From an uncultured Methanosarcinales archaeon (GTDB lineage: Archaea; Nanobdellota; Nanobdellia; Woesearchaeales; CAYNLP01): DNA of 45,257 nt. Shown here piece by piece: positions 43,112 through 45,257 of this stretch. Where the stretch lies: the NCBI GenBank assembly GCA_964398115.1, contig CAYNLP010000005.1:1-45257 (forward strand), written 5' to 3'. Below the pieces are notes generated by a model. The model was given only the letters and a program-made list of their open reading frames with translations, did not search any database and was not told the origin of the DNA. Numbering within the stretch: position 1 is the stretch's first letter; every line of letters begins with the position of its first letter. Both the position numbers and the translations under genes were made by a program.

Positions 43112-43129
43112 CCTTATACACGTATAAGG
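43112..43129. promoter_or_regulatory. 18-bp palindrome CCTTATAC-AC-GTATAAGG abutting the phoU-like start codon
   Basis: Perfect 8+8 inverted repeat that ends 1 nt before the ATG at 43130. TTTATATATAA box at 43098-43108. The half-site CCTTATAC recurs at 42971-42978. Confidence 0.55.
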
Positions 43130-44086
43130 ATGGACCTCAGAAAAGTAATAAAACTCGGAAAAGCAACTTACAGCATCACACTACCCAAAGAATGGGTTGT
43201 AGACAACAACGTGGAAAAAGGTGACGTGCTAAAAGTAGAAAAACTGTCAAAAAATACTTTAGAAGTTTCTCCAAACAAGGATAAAGAAGAAGTAGAAATC
43301 AAAGAAATCAACATACAAGCAGATGACAAAGAACACGAAGACATATTCAGAGAAGTAGTAGCCGCATACATCAAAGGATACACCATAATAAACATTAAAG
43401 GAGATATCAAAGGAAAAATTCGAGAACTCAGACAAAAACTTCAAGAACTCATAGGATTAGAAATAATGGAAGTCAGTTCCAAAGGGCTAAAAGCCAAAAG
43501 CTTCTTAGACGTGACCGAAACAAGCGTTGAAAAAACAATTCGAAGAGTCTTCTACATAACAAAATCTATGTCAAAAGAATTCAAAGAAAGCGTAGAAAAA
43601 GGTGGCAGCATAGATGAAATACTGGAATTAGACAGAGAAGTTAATCGAAACACGTTTTTCATACTCAAGTACTTGTTCAAATCATTAGATGATCCGAAAG
43701 TCGCTGAAAAAATAGGTATGAAAAACTACGAAATATTCTTCACCTGGGAACTCATAAAACAATTGGAAGCCATCTCCGACAAGATAAAAATGATGGCCGA
43801 CATAGCTTCTAATAAAGAAATACTGATTAAAAAAGATGCCATGAATGAATTCCTCAACATATATGAAGAAGTTGAACAAAACTTTTTCTTTGCAATTGAG
43901 GAATACTTCAAGAAAAACAAGGAGAACGTTCATGAAATCTTCAAAAAAGTTGATGAAAATGAAGAAATCTGCAACGAGTTTTTGAACGATTACAAAAAAG
44001 CTTACACCCCTTTGCTTGTTGATCATTTGAAAGATATTAACATGTTTACCAGAAGTATTGCCGAACTGATAGTGGATTTCGAATAA
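43130..44086 (+). CDS. AbrB/SpoVT-PhoU fusion protein (archaeal phosphate uptake regulator-like)
   Basis: N-terminal AbrB-like KVIKLGKATYSITLPKEWVVDNNVEKGDVLKVE, followed by two PhoU-like helical repeats. Confidence 0.75.
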   Translation: MDLRKVIKLGKATYSITLPKEWVVDNNVEKGDVLKVEKLSKNTLEVSPNKDKEEVEIKEINIQADDKEHEDIFREVVAAYIKGYTIINIKGDIKGKIRELRQKLQELIGLEIMEVSSKGLKAKSFLDVTETSVEKTIRRVFYITKSMSKEFKESVEKGGSIDEILELDREVNRNTFFILKYLFKSLDDPKVAEKIGMKNYEIFFTWELIKQLEAISDKIKMMADIASNKEILIKKDAMNEFLNIYEEVEQNFFFAIEEYFKKNKENVHEIFKKVDENEEICNEFLNDYKKAYTPLLVDHLKDINMFTRSIAELIVDFE

Positions 44087-44164
44087 AAGTATATTGTGAA
44101 AATACACATATGTTAATTTCTACCATAAATTTAAAAATATAGGAAAAAATAAATAATTCAAACC

Positions 44165-44482
44165 ATGACTCAAAAACTAAAAGAAGACCTGATAGAAGAC
44201 GCCTACGAAAGATTCCTAACAACCCTATCCAACAAAACTAGACTAGCAATAATACAAACCCTAGAAGAACAACCCAAAAACGTAACAGAAATAACAGAAG
44301 AACTAAACATCCACCAAACATCCGTCTCACACGCACTAAGAAGACTCAAAGACTGCGGATTCGTATTCGTAGAAAAGAAAGGAAAACAAAGAATATACAG
44401 ACTCAACCAAGAAACCGTTAAACCCTTGGTTGACCTCATGGAAGAACATGTTAAGAACTATTGCCAAAATTGCTTAGAATAA
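44165..44482 (+). CDS. ArsR/SmtB-family transcriptional regulator
   Basis: NKTRLAIIQTLEEQPKNVTEITEELNIHQTSVSHALRRLKDCGFV. Confidence 0.85.
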   Translation: MTQKLKEDLIEDAYERFLTTLSNKTRLAIIQTLEEQPKNVTEITEELNIHQTSVSHALRRLKDCGFVFVEKKGKQRIYRLNQETVKPLVDLMEEHVKNYCQNCLE

Positions 44483-44487
44483 AAAAG

Positions 44488-45257
44488 ATGAAAGTTAAAA
44501 AATCACATTTTTACACCCTCTCAGGAGTTATCATCTTGTCAATTATCGCTTTCGCGGGTTTACAAATTTGGAATCAGGTGGTGCTCCCCTCTACCAGCAA
44601 TATATCGAATGCTTCGTTACTTGTAATTTCAGGAATTGCATTCTTAGGAGGGTTGGTAACGTTTTTCACACCTTGCGGACTAGCCATCCTTCCAGCTTTT
44701 TTGAGTTACAACTTCGCTGCAGTTGGAGAACAGAACAAGCTGTCGAGCTATTTATCCAAGCTAGGAATTTTTGCAGCCTTGGGAATGCTCACCTTCTTCA
44801 TAATACTGGGAATAGGTTTTGAAATGATAGGTAGTACGATAAACCAGTATTTAACCCCCATACAGTATATAATAGCAGTCCTGTTGGTAGTGTTCGGATA
44901 TATGCTGTTCAAGAATATGACTTTCGCATCCCAAACCTATGAGAATCTAAGGAAAGCAGTTCATGAAAAAGCAAGAGAAAAAACAGGATACAAAGCATAC
45001 TACATTTTTGGCTTTGCTTACGGTCTTGATGCAATTGGATGCCTGTTCCCATTAGTATTTGCAATCATGATAGTCCCTCTGATTTCAGGAAATATATTCA
45101 TCGGTATCTCATCAGCTATCACTTATTCAATCGGTATAGCTTTAATGCTCACAATATTTGCTTACGGAGTTGCACGAGGTAAAGAAAAAATAACTAACAT
45201 AACCCAACACTCAGAAACAATTCGAAAAATTTCAGGAATTGGATTGATGATAGGAGG
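44488..45257 (+). CDS. CcdA/DsbD-family thiol-disulfide transporter membrane protein (runs off the right edge)
   Basis: Hand translation from the ATG at 44488 stays open to the window end. It is multi-TM and has FFTPCGLAILPAFL, the conserved Cys-Pro context of CcdA. Absent from the ORF track because no stop lies in the window. Confidence 0.7.
   Translation, partial: MKVKKSHFYTLSGVIILSIIAFAGLQIWNQVVLPSTSNISNASLLVISGIAFLGGLVTFFTPCGLAILPAFLSYNFAAVGEQNKLSSYLSKLGIFAALGMLTFFIILGIGFEMIGSTINQYLTPIQYIIAVLLVVFGYMLFKNMTFASQTYENLRKAVHEKAREKTGYKAYYIFGFAYGLDAIGCLFPLVFAIMIVPLISGNIFIGISSAITYSIGIALMLTIFAYGVARGKEKITNITQHSETIRKISGIGLMIG

Noticed and set aside
1-45257. CRISPR arrays, rRNA operons, transposases/IS elements, and toxin-antitoxin or restriction-modification modules
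   Set aside because: I scanned both strands for regularly spaced repeats of 24-40 bp, rRNA-like GC-rich stretches longer than 1 kb, DDE/integrase motifs and methyltransferase motifs next to nucleases. None was seen. The only mobile-type sequences are the intein and the LAGLIDADG-like gene.

Overview
AT-rich, very compact archaeal chromosome segment. Archaeal markers present: fibrillarin/Nop5, topoisomerase VI A+B, archaeal DnaG, aRF1, aIF5A, L40e, and the S13-S4-S11-RpoD-tRNA-L18e-L13-S9-RpoN block. Gene content and compaction look DPANN-like or otherwise small-genome, and many proteins are acidic; this taxonomic guess is inference only. About 60 genes lie on both strands. Adjacent genes often overlap by 4 nt (ATGA start/stop, or TTAA/CTAG shared by convergent stops). 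Genes use either GGTGA/GGAGG Shine-Dalgarno sites or a TATA box about 25 nt upstream of the ATG, which suggests leaderless transcripts. Most of the window is housekeeping: translation, C/D sRNP, pyrimidine synthesis, glycolytic enzymes, DNA topology. I found no CRISPR array, rRNA, transposase or recognisable defence island. I cannot point to one clear novel multi-gene system. The observations most worth a second look are: (1) a 144-aa mini-intein inserted exactly after the catalytic GGQ motif of aRF1; (2) a nop5-fibrillarin operon split by a translationally coupled membrane-protein ORF, with a Nop5 that has no room for its fibrillarin-binding N-terminal domain; (3) a roughly 300-bp GC-rich, hairpin-dense, non-coding block upstream of dnaG, flanked by 17-bp direct repeats, which I could not assign to SRP RNA or RNase P RNA; (4) a free-standing double-LAGLIDADG protein with HTH domains at both ends, between rpoN and leuS; (5) operator-like DNA signals, namely phased YGTTTCA repeats next to genes for membrane-tethered wHTH proteins, a perfect 26-bp palindrome centred in a divergent promoter, and an 18-bp palindrome abutting the phoU-like start codon; (6) a PpiC-type chaperone fused to a VKOR-type thioredoxin-like domain whose CXXC is replaced. 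Three small genes missing from the ORF track were found by hand (L40e and two zinc-finger ORFs), as were two edge-truncated genes. All homology calls come from motif recognition by eye; no database search was run.
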